From: Pseudomonadota bacterium
GTDB taxonomy: Bacteria > Verrucomicrobiota > Verrucomicrobiia > Limisphaerales > SXTU01
NCBI GenBank assembly: GCA_009922615.1
Contig: RFVF01000007.1
Coordinates: 30,006-94,005 of the forward strand
DNA length: 64,000 nt
Direction of reading: 5' to 3'
Part shown: one piece after another, positions 25,012 through 34,996 of the stretch
How positions within the stretch are numbered: the first letter of the stretch is position 1
How the letters are laid out: every line of letters begins with the position of its first letter
Notes under the pieces: generated by a model
Told to the model about the DNA's origin: nothing
Databases searched by the model: none
Seen by the model: the letters and a program-made list of their open reading frames with translations, nothing else
Made by a program: the position numbers and the translations under genes

Positions 25012-25875
25012 ATGAAACTTGCGCTGCTGATCTTCGCCACCGTCCTGACTCTCGCCGCTCCTGCCGCCGAGGCTTTTCGCATCGAGAAGGACATCGCTTA
25101 CCTCGCGCCGGACCGGAAGGAGAAGGCGGACCTTTATCTGCCCGCGAATTCACCAGCAGGCGCGCGGCGTCCGGCGGTGGTCATCATCCACGGCGGCGGC
25201 TGGACCGGCGGCGACAAGGGCGCGGCGCGCGAAATCAACATCGGCACCAACCTCGCGCTCAACGGCTACGTGGGCTTGAGCATCAACTACGAGCTGGCCA
25301 GCACGAACAAGAGCGAGGCCAAGGCGACCTGGCCGCAGAACTTGCACGACTGCATGACGGCGGTGCGCTGGTTGCGCAAGAACGCGGAGCGCCTTCAGGT
25401 GGACCCGGAGCGCATCGGCGTCATCGGCGGCTCGGCGGGCGGTCATCTGGCGGCGATGCTGGCGGTGCTCGGCGACAAGGACGGCCTCGATCCCAAGGGG
25501 CCTTATGGTGAGTTCTCCTGTCGCGTGAAGTGCGCCGTGGACCTCTACGGCCCAGCGGACTTGGCCGGGCACCACGACATCTCCATGCTCGGCAAGACAC
25601 GCGTCGAAGCGCCGGAGCTTTACCGCGCGGCGTCGCCCGTGACCTACGTGGACAAGAGTGATCCTCCGATCCTCATCCTGCACGGCACGGCGGACAAAAC
25701 AGTGGACATCGCTCAGTCCAAGCTCTTCGCTGCGAAGCTCAAGGAAGCCGGCGCACCGCACGAGCTGGTCATCGTCGAAGGCGCACCGCACACGTTTCAT
25801 CTGCAGCCGAAGCAACGCGATTTGCGGCCCGTGGTGCTGGGCTTCTTTGACAAACACCTGAAGGCCGCGCGCTGA
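25012..25875 (+). CDS. Secreted alpha/beta hydrolase (BD-FAE-like esterase)
   Basis: HGGGW, GGSAGG nucleophile elbow, HGTADKTV, APH. Confidence 0.9.
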   Translation: MKLALLIFATVLTLAAPAAEAFRIEKDIAYLAPDRKEKADLYLPANSPAGARRPAVVIIHGGGWTGGDKGAAREINIGTNLALNGYVGLSINYELASTNKSEAKATWPQNLHDCMTAVRWLRKNAERLQVDPERIGVIGGSAGGHLAAMLAVLGDKDGLDPKGPYGEFSCRVKCAVDLYGPADLAGHHDISMLGKTRVEAPELYRAASPVTYVDKSDPPILILHGTADKTVDIAQSKLFAAKLKEAGAPHELVIVEGAPHTFHLQPKQRDLRPVVLGFFDKHLKAAR

Positions 25876-25932
25876 CGGCTTGAGTTGCTGCGCTGACCTG
25901 TGAGTTAATCCCGCGCAACAGAAAGACACACT

Positions 25933-26820
25933 ATGCACCTGATGGGAATTGGCGACGAAGCGGGCGGCGGGCTGGATTTTCAAATCAAGGCCGCGAAGGA
26001 ACTCGGTTGGAAGTGGATCGAAATGCGCGGCGTGGAAGTGCCGGGCTACGCGAAGGCGAACTTCCACGAGATTCCCGACGCGGCGTTCGACATCGCGGCC
26101 GGGAAGATCAAGGAGGCGGGCCTTGGCGTGTATTGCTTCGGCTCCACCATCATGAACTGGGCCAAGACCGTCGAGACGCCGTTCGATGTCACGCTCGGCG
26201 AGGTGCGCCGCGCCATCCCACGCATGCAGAAGCTCGGCACGAAGTTCGTCCGCATCATGAGCTTCAAACCCAAGGACACCGACGCTGTCACGCCGCCCGT
26301 GGTCTTCGAGCGCGTGCGCGAGGTGACTAAGATGTTCACCGACGCCGGCCTCACGCCCGTGCATGAGAACTGCATGAACTTCGGCGGAATGAGCAGCGCC
26401 CACGCGCTCGAGATGCTGGACAAGTGCCCCGGCCTCAAGTGGGTCTTCGACACCGCCAACCCCATCTTCAACGCCGACCGCCAGCTCCCGCAGCCGTGGC
26501 CGCGCCAGAACGCGTGGGAGTTCTGGACCACCGTCCGCGACCAGGTCGCGCACATCCACGTGAAGGATGCGACGTGGAACCCGGCCAAGAACGACGCCGA
26601 CTACAACTGGCCCGGCGAAGGCCAGGGCCAGGTGCGCCGCATTCTGAAGGACGCCTTCGCGCGGGGTTACGACGCCGGCATCAGCATCGAGCCGCACATG
26701 GTCGTGGTCTTCCACGACGCGGGTTCGAAGGCGACGAACGATGCCGATGTCTGCGCGAACTTCGTCGAGTATGGCCGGCGGCTGGAGAAGCTCATCGCTG
26801 AGGTGCAGGCGAAGCGCTGA
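25933..26820 (+). CDS. Sugar phosphate isomerase/epimerase (TIM barrel)
   Basis: HEN, FDTAN, HIHVKD, SIEPH metal-ligand pattern. Confidence 0.85.
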   Translation: MHLMGIGDEAGGGLDFQIKAAKELGWKWIEMRGVEVPGYAKANFHEIPDAAFDIAAGKIKEAGLGVYCFGSTIMNWAKTVETPFDVTLGEVRRAIPRMQKLGTKFVRIMSFKPKDTDAVTPPVVFERVREVTKMFTDAGLTPVHENCMNFGGMSSAHALEMLDKCPGLKWVFDTANPIFNADRQLPQPWPRQNAWEFWTTVRDQVAHIHVKDATWNPAKNDADYNWPGEGQGQVRRILKDAFARGYDAGISIEPHMVVVFHDAGSKATNDADVCANFVEYGRRLEKLIAEVQAKR

Positions 26821-26842
26821 GATTCACGGACGAGAAGTTCGT

Positions 26843-27583
26843 TTACGGCCCGCCCAGCGCCGGATCGGTCCACGGCGTATTCGAGTAATACCAGCTCGAC
26901 GCGTCCACAATTTCGACATGTCCATCCACAAAGCCCGTGGCGCTGCGTTTATCGTGGCGCAGATGCGGCGCACCCCAGTCGGGCGAGTTGGCGTTGTTGA
27001 GCGTCGTTGCTTGGAGCGTGCCGAATGCCTCGCTGCCGGCTGGGCGGATCAGAATCCAGCAACCAGGCTTGTAGGTGGCTGTCGGCGTCACGGCCACGGT
27101 GCCAATCGGTGAATCTACCGCCAGCACGCCACCATCGCACATATAGACCGTCGAGGCGGGACGGGTTACGCCCACATCGCCGGTCCCCAGATTGCGCGCC
27201 CCGAGATCAATGTTTGCCATGTAATGAGTCTTGATCTTCATGTTCGACCACAAGCGTTCATTGCCCGGGTTGAAAACGGCGGGATCACGGAAGAGGTTCG
27301 TGTTGCCGCCAACATATGGCAGGATGATGTCGGCCCAGCTCAATCCGGTCGTGCCCGGCGTGTGGCTCGGCGGCAGCCGGTCGCTGCTCTCATCGGCGTA
27401 GAGCTTGGTCGCGAGCAATAGCTGCTTGGTGTTGCTGACGCACTTGATTCCGTTCGCTTTTCCTTTCGCTTTCGACAATGCGGGCAACAGCATCCCTGCC
27501 AGGATCGCGATGATCGCGATGACGACGAGCAGTTCGATCAAGGTAAAGGCCCCACAGCGGCGCAACGAACACTTGGCTTGCAT
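26843..27583 (-). CDS. Prepilin-type N-terminal methylation domain protein with H-X9-DG C-terminal motif
   Basis: [29 protein letters not shown]; [16 protein letters not shown]. Confidence 0.92.
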   Translation of the reverse strand: MQAKCSLRRCGAFTLIELLVVIAIIAILAGMLLPALSKAKGKANGIKCVSNTKQLLLATKLYADESSDRLPPSHTPGTTGLSWADIILPYVGGNTNLFRDPAVFNPGNERLWSNMKIKTHYMANIDLGARNLGTGDVGVTRPASTVYMCDGGVLAVDSPIGTVAVTPTATYKPGCWILIRPAGSEAFGTLQATTLNNANSPDWGAPHLRHDKRSATGFVDGHVEIVDASSWYYSNTPWTDPALGGP

Positions 27584-27717
27584 AGAAGTCCATTATGATT
27601 GTGCGATGGGGGGAACGTCGCACACGTGGCACTCGCTTGGAACAAGTAATTTCACCTCTCGATGCCGATACTTGTCCGCTGCTAACAGGCCGGCAGACCT
27701 CCGTCATGCCAAGGGAA

Positions 27718-28854
27718 TTACGCCATCACTTCGGCGAGCTTCACGAGGCGGCTCTTTTCCGTGAGGGACTTGGCGGCGGCCTGCACGATGGCGGTGACTT
27801 CGAGGATTTCCTGGTGCGGCACAGGTTCCTTGCCCGTGAGCACCATCTCCCGAAACGTCGCGGCCATGCGGAACATCTCGTAGTTATGGCCGTAGTCGAA
27901 GCTGCCCTCAATGGACGGCGTGAAGGAAAAAACCTTCTTTTTGAAGTGCGTCGTGACGCGGTTGTATTCGAACTTCTCGAACGGCTCGCCATACCACACG
28001 TGCGCCGGGAAGCGGTCCGGCCACGTGATGAGCGCGTGGCAGGTGTCCGCATGCTCATACATGCTCACCGCGTCCACACCCGCGCCCATGAGTGTCATCA
28101 CAGACCAGACCGGGTGCTGGCCGTAAATCATCCACGAGTCCAGCCGGTAGCGGCTGTGCAGCGTGGCAGTGATGTATTCGATCGGCCCGAACTCGCCGGA
28201 GTCGCGCATCCGTAGCGCCGCCTCCATGCCAAACTGATGGCGGAAGAGACTCGAGGACATGATCGGCGCCTTGTACTTCCGCGCGAACTCCAGAATCTTC
28301 CGCGTGCCCGCCACGTCGCCGCCGATAGGCTTGTCGCAGAACGTCGGCAAGCCCTTCGCCAAGCCGGGTGCAACGAGGTCGAAATGATCCTCACCGTAGC
28401 CCGAGGCGTCCCCCATCCAGATCGCGTCCACTTCCTTCACCATCTCGTCGAGCGAGCGCGCGACCTGCACACCGGGGAAAACCTCGGTGTAAGGCTGAAC
28501 CACGGTCGGATCAGCATCGTAGTAGTGCGTGATGCGCGTGTCGGGGAAGGGCAGCACATCGAAGGTTATCTTGGGATTGCGGTAATGTTTCTGGAAGCTC
28601 TCGAAGGCCTGCGGCCAGTGCTTCTTCATTGCAACGAAATCAAACTCCGGATGGAGATACTGGCAGAAGGACCACGTGTGGCCGTTGCGCGTCTGCGGCT
28701 TGCCGCGGATGGCGGCGGAAACCACGCCGATGCGGAGGGGTTTCTTCGCTGGCTCGGCGGCGGCAAGCGTGCCCGTGCCGGCCAAGGCCAGGGCACCGAC
28801 AGCACCGGCGGATTTCAATGCGTCGCGCCGCGTGAGGATGGAGGCGTCAGACAT
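27718..28854 (-). CDS. Tat-exported Gfo/Idh/MocA-like oxidoreductase
   Basis: TRRDALK Tat motif; TFCDKPIG; YGQHP. Confidence 0.8.
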   Translation of the reverse strand: MSDASILTRRDALKSAGAVGALALAGTGTLAAAEPAKKPLRIGVVSAAIRGKPQTRNGHTWSFCQYLHPEFDFVAMKKHWPQAFESFQKHYRNPKITFDVLPFPDTRITHYYDADPTVVQPYTEVFPGVQVARSLDEMVKEVDAIWMGDASGYGEDHFDLVAPGLAKGLPTFCDKPIGGDVAGTRKILEFARKYKAPIMSSSLFRHQFGMEAALRMRDSGEFGPIEYITATLHSRYRLDSWMIYGQHPVWSVMTLMGAGVDAVSMYEHADTCHALITWPDRFPAHVWYGEPFEKFEYNRVTTHFKKKVFSFTPSIEGSFDYGHNYEMFRMAATFREMVLTGKEPVPHQEILEVTAIVQAAAKSLTEKSRLVKLAEVMA

Positions 28855-28864
28855 AGGTTTGCGT

Positions 28865-29584
28865 TCAAGGTTTCTTCACCGACCACGCGGCGCGCACGGC
28901 ACGCTCCCATTCGTCGGCCAGGATTTGATGACCGGAGTAAGTGGGATGGACACTGTCCCAAATCCAGTGCAACGCCGGTGCGCGTTCCGTGGCGCGATCC
29001 AGTGCGGCCTGAAAATGCACCAGCACCGCACCATGCTTCTGCGCGAGGCGCGCGACGATCTCCTGCCGCTTCACGATGTCTGCGTTGGGCGAGCCGCGCT
29101 GCGGCGTGGTCGCCTTGTGGTCCACCACGAACGGCTCGCAGAGCACGAGCTTGAGCTGCGGGTTCCCCGCCTTCGCGTCAGTGAGCAGCTTGTCGTAAAC
29201 CTGCTCGTATTGCTCAAAGGGCACGCCGCGACCCTTGTCATTCACGCCGATGAGGATGCTCAACACGTCGGGCTTCAAGTCGAGCGTGTCCTTCTGCCAG
29301 CGCTTCTCGAGTTCGAGCACCGTGTTGCCACTCACGCCACGGTTGAAGAACTCCAGCTTCGTCTCCGGGAATGCCGCGCCGTGCTTCGCCGCGATGATGA
29401 ATGCGTAGCCGTGACCGAGAATGTGGTTCGGGTCCGCACTGCGCCCACGATTGCCATCGGTGATAGAATCACCTTGGAAGAGGATTCGCATGTTTGGCGC
29501 GAAGAGCGGCGGCTCGGCGGCGACAAGAGTGAAGGTGGCGAGCGCCAGGGCAGCGGCGAGCAAAGGGAATTGCAGTCGGTTCAT
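28865..29584 (-). CDS. Secreted SGNH/GDSL hydrolase
   Basis: FQGDSITD, NRGVSG, IGVND, DSVHP; ATG at 29584. Confidence 0.9.
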   Translation of the reverse strand: MNRLQFPLLAAALALATFTLVAAEPPLFAPNMRILFQGDSITDGNRGRSADPNHILGHGYAFIIAAKHGAAFPETKLEFFNRGVSGNTVLELEKRWQKDTLDLKPDVLSILIGVNDKGRGVPFEQYEQVYDKLLTDAKAGNPQLKLVLCEPFVVDHKATTPQRGSPNADIVKRQEIVARLAQKHGAVLVHFQAALDRATERAPALHWIWDSVHPTYSGHQILADEWERAVRAAWSVKKP

Positions 29585-29627
29585 CTGTGGTAGCCGCAAG
29601 TGTGCTGGTTCTGCGTGCAGTTGGCCA

Positions 29628-32345
29628 TCATTCAATGACCAGCAAATCAATCTCCGCGAGCTTCGGCACGCGCACGGAGCCGCCTTCCAACGCGAGCGGG
29701 CCATGGACAAGCGAGCGGACGGACTTCACCGCGCCGAGTCCCGGCAACGCCACACGCAGGTCAGTCACGGCTTGCAGGCCGCCTTTGCCCGTCGTCTCCG
29801 CCGTGCGCTGGTAGGCCCAGTTCATCAAGGCCACGGAGCGCCGGCCGTCCTTCACCAGCGCGGCGCTCTCGACAAGCGCGTCCGACGGCAACGCCGGCCG
29901 CGCCACGTTGCGTGTAAGCGCGGGCGCGGTGATGAGCGCACGAATCGCGGGGCTGAAGTCCTCGCGCATCGTGAAGTCCGCGCGCCGCACCATTGCCGAG
30001 TAAGTCAGACCGGCCCACAAGCCGGCGACCGTCGCGTCGCCCTTGCCGAATTTGTGGCGCGTGACGGCGGGCTTGCCGTCTGCGAAGCGCGCGAGCACTT
30101 CCGCCCCGTTCGGCGAAAGCGGCTCGCGACCAATGCCCGCACTGAACGTCGCGCCTTCCCACGACAGCGCGGCTCCGGCGGGCGCGTTGGTCTCCGTGAG
30201 CGGCTTGAAGTCTGTCGCGCGATACGGCTCCACCGCGCCCCACGACTCCAGCTTGCGCTCGCCGAGGCCGAGCACTTCCGCGAAGGCCGTGGCTGGCTGA
30301 TTCGCCTCGTCGCGCGAGAGGCCGATCGCGTCCGTCCACAGCGAGCCGCCAGCGCGGACCCACTCCTTCACCTGTGCGGCAGCGTCGCGGCGCAGGTGCG
30401 GGCCGGGAATGTAGAGCGCTATGTAACGCGCGAGCTTGCCCTCGGCAAGTTGCTGTTCGCTCAGGATGTCCACGGGAATGTGCGCGTGCGCCAGCGCGAG
30501 CCAGACCCACTTGGCGTTCTCGAACGCCGCGCCGTTCAAGCCGCCCGCGCGGCCCCAAATCTCCGACGCGCGCGGCGTGACGAAAGCGACTTCCGCCGCT
30601 GCCAGCGGCTGCGCGCCGTATAGCCACTCCTCCGCGCGACCGAGGAAGCGCGCCGCGCCCGCAACGCGTTCGAGGAGCTCGGGCGATTGCGAGAAGCTGT
30701 CGCCCTTCGAGTAATCTGGCCCGTAGGTATACCACTCGATAACCCGCACGCCACGCGACACCACCGAGAGCATCCGCTGCTCCGGCGCGCCGCGATGCGG
30801 CTTCACGAGGCAGCCCATCGGCATCGCGTGCCGCGCCGCGATGCCTCGCCCGATGTCGCCGAGATACGATTCCCATTGCCACGCGCGCGGGTCGCGGTTC
30901 GAGGTCTCCCAGACAAAGGCCGTGTTCGCGTCATGGTCGTAAAACTCGTTCCAGTCCAGGCTCGCGCCGCTCCAGCTCGGCGTCGGGCCTTGCATCGCGT
31001 AGAGCGGAATACCCGCCGCCTTGAACTGCTGCGCGCGCGCCGGAAAAACCTGCGCCGTGGCGTGCGTCATGAAGCGCGCGGTGTAGTAACTGCGAAGCGA
31101 ATCTGCCGCCGTCTCGGGTTGCGGCGGAGGAACCGCGCGCGCCTTGCCCTTTGCACCCGGTGCGACTTCGGCGGGCGCGCCCCAGATGTCGAACGGCTTC
31201 ACGTCGTTCCAGTCGGTCTTGCCGAAGTCGGCGGGCGCGAGCTTCTGCACGCGCAGGTAGTCGCGGAATTTTCCGGCGCAGCGGTCGCAGCGCGCGATGT
31301 GCTCCTTCGCGAACACGCCGATCTCATCCACCCACAGCGCCCAGGATTCCTTCGCGCCGACAGCTTTGTGCTCGGCGATGGCCTTCGCCGCGCTCTCCTG
31401 CATCAGCGGCACCAGCGCGGGATCGAACGGGCAGCCGTCCTCCGGGAGTTTGCCGCCCTTTTGCAGCAGGTTGATCGGGCTGCCCGAGCCGGGGCCGCCC
31501 CAATAGACCTGCCGGAAGTCCGCCCCGAAGCCCGCCGCGTCAGCGAGCCGCAGCGAGCCGACGAAGCTGTTCACGCCGAGCATCCGCAGCGTGCGACACT
31601 CGTCAGCGAGGATCGCGGGATTGCAATGCCGCACGCCGTAGCCAGCCGGGCCGCCTAGGCCCGTCGTGCCGAACTGTCCGTAACCGCCGAGATGCCCCAC
31701 GAGCGCGAACTGCTTCGGCATCGGCGCTGGGTCGGCGAAATGCTTCTCCAACCGCTCGCGCCGCAGCCGCGCGTGCGTGGAAAGACCGTTCAACTGCGCG
31801 GTGAACTCTGGCGTGACCTTCGAACCCAGCGCGGCACCGGGAAACGCGATGCCCACCGTCGCGCCCTTCGGCGACGGCTCGACGAAGCGATGAAAGACCT
31901 TGCCGCCCTCCGCGAACTCAAACTCCACGTCCACCGACTCCAGCGGCGCAGGCTGCGCCTTGGCCTTGCTCTTCGCGGCCGGCGACGCGGCCTCGACCAC
32001 GATGGTCGGGAAATCCCAGCCGCGCGTGTTGGCGCACATCGTGCCCAGCGGCAGCCAACCGCTCCACTCACCGCGCCGGATGTTCGACTCCGAGTCCGCC
32101 GCGAGAAACGGCCCGCGCGTGACTGTGCCGCCGAGTCCCTCACCGCCGCGCCGCCAACTGACGCGCACCAACTCCGGCTCCGGCACCGACCGCACCACGC
32201 GCATGCGCACTGACAGTTTCGTCAGCGTCGCGGAGCCCTTCGCTCGCGCATCCGCCTTGTCGATCTGCTCCTGAGCGGAAGCGGAGATGGCGAGGAACAG
32301 CGCGGGCAGCGCCGCAACCGAGGCGGGGAGTCGAGTCCAGTTCAT
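29628..32345 (-). CDS. Secreted GH42-like glycoside hydrolase with beta-galactosidase trimerisation-like domain
   Basis: Signal peptide; WVDE, CDRCAGKFRDYL, WLALAHAHIPVDILSEQQL...EWVRAGG, HKFGKG. Confidence 0.65.
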   Translation of the reverse strand: MNWTRLPASVAALPALFLAISASAQEQIDKADARAKGSATLTKLSVRMRVVRSVPEPELVRVSWRRGGEGLGGTVTRGPFLAADSESNIRRGEWSGWLPLGTMCANTRGWDFPTIVVEAASPAAKSKAKAQPAPLESVDVEFEFAEGGKVFHRFVEPSPKGATVGIAFPGAALGSKVTPEFTAQLNGLSTHARLRRERLEKHFADPAPMPKQFALVGHLGGYGQFGTTGLGGPAGYGVRHCNPAILADECRTLRMLGVNSFVGSLRLADAAGFGADFRQVYWGGPGSGSPINLLQKGGKLPEDGCPFDPALVPLMQESAAKAIAEHKAVGAKESWALWVDEIGVFAKEHIARCDRCAGKFRDYLRVQKLAPADFGKTDWNDVKPFDIWGAPAEVAPGAKGKARAVPPPQPETAADSLRSYYTARFMTHATAQVFPARAQQFKAAGIPLYAMQGPTPSWSGASLDWNEFYDHDANTAFVWETSNRDPRAWQWESYLGDIGRGIAARHAMPMGCLVKPHRGAPEQRMLSVVSRGVRVIEWYTYGPDYSKGDSFSQSPELLERVAGAARFLGRAEEWLYGAQPLAAAEVAFVTPRASEIWGRAGGLNGAAFENAKWVWLALAHAHIPVDILSEQQLAEGKLARYIALYIPGPHLRRDAAAQVKEWVRAGGSLWTDAIGLSRDEANQPATAFAEVLGLGERKLESWGAVEPYRATDFKPLTETNAPAGAALSWEGATFSAGIGREPLSPNGAEVLARFADGKPAVTRHKFGKGDATVAGLWAGLTYSAMVRRADFTMREDFSPAIRALITAPALTRNVARPALPSDALVESAALVKDGRRSVALMNWAYQRTAETTGKGGLQAVTDLRVALPGLGAVKSVRSLVHGPLALEGGSVRVPKLAEIDLLVIE

Positions 32346-32363
32346 GGTGTGAACCGCATTCAA

Positions 32364-34688
32364 TCACCGCACCAGCATCCAGTCCACGGTGGCTTTGGCG
32401 GGCGCGGGCTTGTCGAAGGTGACGGTAAACCCCTCGGCGGTCTTCTCCGTGATGGCACGCGCGCCGAGCCAGGATTGTTCAAGGAAGACGGCGTAGTCGG
32501 CGTCGGCTTCGGGCGTGGGGAATTTCACTTTGAGCGTCGTGGCAGCGACGGTGACGGCGAGGTTTTTGCCGCGCAGGTTTTTCGCGGGCTTGGCGTCGCC
32601 GGAGATTCCCGCGACGGCGGAGACGGAGCCGCCGGCGCGCACACCGCCGCCCTCGAACTGAAACTCACCGCTCTCGCGGCTCACCTTGAGCGAGGCGACT
32701 TGCGCGGGGCGCGCGGGGGAGGAGACGGCTTTGGTGATGCCAGTCTTGCCTTTGTCGGCTTCGGGTTCGGGCGCTTGGCCGTAGAACCATTGGATGGGCT
32801 GCTCATGGTAAGGCTGCTGGAAGAGAATCGCAGCGCGGGCGAAGTCGGCCTTGAAGTTCAGGCCGATGGTCGCGGCGGAATCGACCACCATGATGTTGTC
32901 CCACGCGGGCTTGGGCTCGTGGCGCTTGGCGAGATCGTCCAAGTTCGCCGGGCCGCCGCGTGCGGTGACGACGGAGTAGCGCGCGGTCGCGCCGTTGTTG
33001 GCGGCTTCGAGAATCGCGGCAGGGAACTGGCCGGGCACATCTTCCCACGACCAGACGCGCATCGCGGTCGGCTTAAAGGGGTCAGGGCCGATGGCCTGCT
33101 CGATGGCATCACCCTTCTCGAAGTCGAACGTCGTGCCAACGCCAGCGTGGGCGGCTAGGCCGAGCGTGCGCTGGCCACCCCGGTCGCCCCCGGGGATGGC
33201 GCGGGCGACGTCGTTCACATACGCGCCGGGGGCGATGACGTAGCTGAGGGGCCGCACGTGGCCGTCCCAAGTGTAGTTGTCCGTGCGGTAGAGCGTGGGG
33301 CTGCCGGCACTTTTCGCGCCCCACCAGAAGCGCTGGATTTCAATTTCCTTGGTGCCGTCGGCGTTGGCATTGAACTTGGTGATGAGATACCAGCGGAAGG
33401 TTCCTTTCGGCGTCAGCTCGCTTTTGTCGGCTACGGCGAAGAAGCGGCCCACGACCTCGGGCGTCCACGGGCAATCTTTGTCGCCGCGGATGAGGCCGCC
33501 AAATTTGCGCTCCGTGGCACCGGAGATTTCGCTCTTCACGAGCGAGGTGGTGTAGTCCTTGCCCTCGAAGATACTGGCGCCTTTGTCCGGAAGGTCATAG
33601 TCCGTGCGGCCGGCGACAATTATGACTTTGCCGGCGGTGAGGTGCTTCTTGGGGTTGAGGTTGATGAGCGGGCGAGAGTCGCCGAGCGTGTTGAGATTGC
33701 GGGAGGCGTTGCTGAAGACGAGCTGGGACTTCGCCCAATCCACGGACTCGACAGTGCTGTGGAAGTTGTTGTCCATCGAGCGGAGGAAGGCGGCGTAACA
33801 GTTGCCGTTCTCGTCCCCGGCGGCCGAGTGGATGTTGCTCATGTAGTTGAAGTCGCAGTAGTAGATGTAGGTGTCGCCGTGGGCGTATTGGTTGCGGATT
33901 ACCTTCACATCGTAAGTCTGGTTGTCGTTGTGGCTGGTCTGGAGCATGTGCAGGAGGCCGGTGTTGCTTTTGTTGTGCAGAATCGCACCGGTGACGTGGT
34001 CGAGGTCGGTGTCAGCGACGAAGTAACTGAGGTTCTTGGCGACGTCATAGCCAATGGACTTGACCACGCCGCGTGTGACGCCGCCGCCGTAACCGGGGCC
34101 GCCGTGGAGGTTGAGAAACATGCCCGGATGGATGCCGCGGATGGTCGCGACGTAGAAGCGTTGGTCTTTGCCCTTCTTCACTGGGGCCTGCAAATAGTCG
34201 AGGTAGCTCGTGGATCCGTAGGTCAGCTCGCTGTCAATCGTGACGGCCGGGTGCGTGCCCCAGTGCGGCAGGCTGTCGCCGTCGGCGAGGCGCAAGGGAC
34301 GTTCGAGGCGCAAGCCGGTGACGGGCGGGATCTGCAACACGACGGTCTTGCCATTGTGCGAGAGGACAGCGACGCCGGGTTGGTCGGCCCAGCGCTTGGT
34401 TTCCTCGGGCGGAGCGGGCGTGCGGGTGAGGCCTTGGAGCGGGAGCGGCTTTTGCAGCACGTTCCAGTCACCAGCAGGGACTTCGAGCACGCCGCCGGTC
34501 TTGCGCAGTTCGCTGATGGCCTTCTCGTAAGTCTCGCGGAGCGCCTTGCTACTGGTGTCGCCGAATTCTTTGAGTTCGCGGACCAAAGGCATCTTTGGGT
34601 CAGCCGCAAAGCCAAGTCCGGCACACAAGCAAAACGCGCAGGTCCAAGGACGAATCAGGTGATGGAGGGAATAATTGAAGGGCTTCAT
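32364..34688 (-). CDS. Large secreted hypothetical protein, tailspike-like N- and C-terminal features
   Basis: Signal peptide; YEKAISELRKTGGVLEVPAG; C-terminal VKFPTPEADADYAV...KTAEGFTVTF...VDWMLVR. Confidence 0.6.
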   Translation of the reverse strand: MKPFNYSLHHLIRPWTCAFCLCAGLGFAADPKMPLVRELKEFGDTSSKALRETYEKAISELRKTGGVLEVPAGDWNVLQKPLPLQGLTRTPAPPEETKRWADQPGVAVLSHNGKTVVLQIPPVTGLRLERPLRLADGDSLPHWGTHPAVTIDSELTYGSTSYLDYLQAPVKKGKDQRFYVATIRGIHPGMFLNLHGGPGYGGGVTRGVVKSIGYDVAKNLSYFVADTDLDHVTGAILHNKSNTGLLHMLQTSHNDNQTYDVKVIRNQYAHGDTYIYYCDFNYMSNIHSAAGDENGNCYAAFLRSMDNNFHSTVESVDWAKSQLVFSNASRNLNTLGDSRPLINLNPKKHLTAGKVIIVAGRTDYDLPDKGASIFEGKDYTTSLVKSEISGATERKFGGLIRGDKDCPWTPEVVGRFFAVADKSELTPKGTFRWYLITKFNANADGTKEIEIQRFWWGAKSAGSPTLYRTDNYTWDGHVRPLSYVIAPGAYVNDVARAIPGGDRGGQRTLGLAAHAGVGTTFDFEKGDAIEQAIGPDPFKPTAMRVWSWEDVPGQFPAAILEAANNGATARYSVVTARGGPANLDDLAKRHEPKPAWDNIMVVDSAATIGLNFKADFARAAILFQQPYHEQPIQWFYGQAPEPEADKGKTGITKAVSSPARPAQVASLKVSRESGEFQFEGGGVRAGGSVSAVAGISGDAKPAKNLRGKNLAVTVAATTLKVKFPTPEADADYAVFLEQSWLGARAITEKTAEGFTVTFDKPAPAKATVDWMLVR

Positions 34689-34802
34689 GTTTGTCGAAGC
34701 CTAACGGACGAGCACCATCGCCATCAAATTTCAAAGGAATACGTGTTGGCAGCCTGCCCCAACCCGGGAGGGAGAGAAGTTGGCCCCAGTTCCTTGACGA
34801 AA

Positions 34803-34879
34803 TGGTCGGGACGGTGAGATTTGAACTCACGACCTTCTGAACCCCATTCAGACGCGCTACCAAGCTACGCTACGTCCCG
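34803..34879 (-). tRNA. tRNA-Pro(GGG)
   Basis: CGGGACGTAGCGTAGCTTGGTAGCGCGTCTGAATGGGGTTCAGAAGGTCGTGAGTTCAAATCTCACCGTCCCGACCA; cloverleaf, anticodon GGG, encoded CCA. Confidence 0.96.
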
Positions 34880-34996
34880 AACCATCGTGCCCGCCGCCAA
34901 GCGACAAGGCAGGCGCATACTAGAAGCCATCCCGCTGCTTTCAATCCCTATTTCGTGCACGCTCGCCAACCACCCGCCCTTGCGTAACCTCCCGAC

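Noticed and set aside
26843-27583. Type IV pilus or T2SS locus
   Set aside because: It is a lone prepilin-like H-X9-DG gene of a family highly expanded in PVC genomes, and no assembly genes are nearby.
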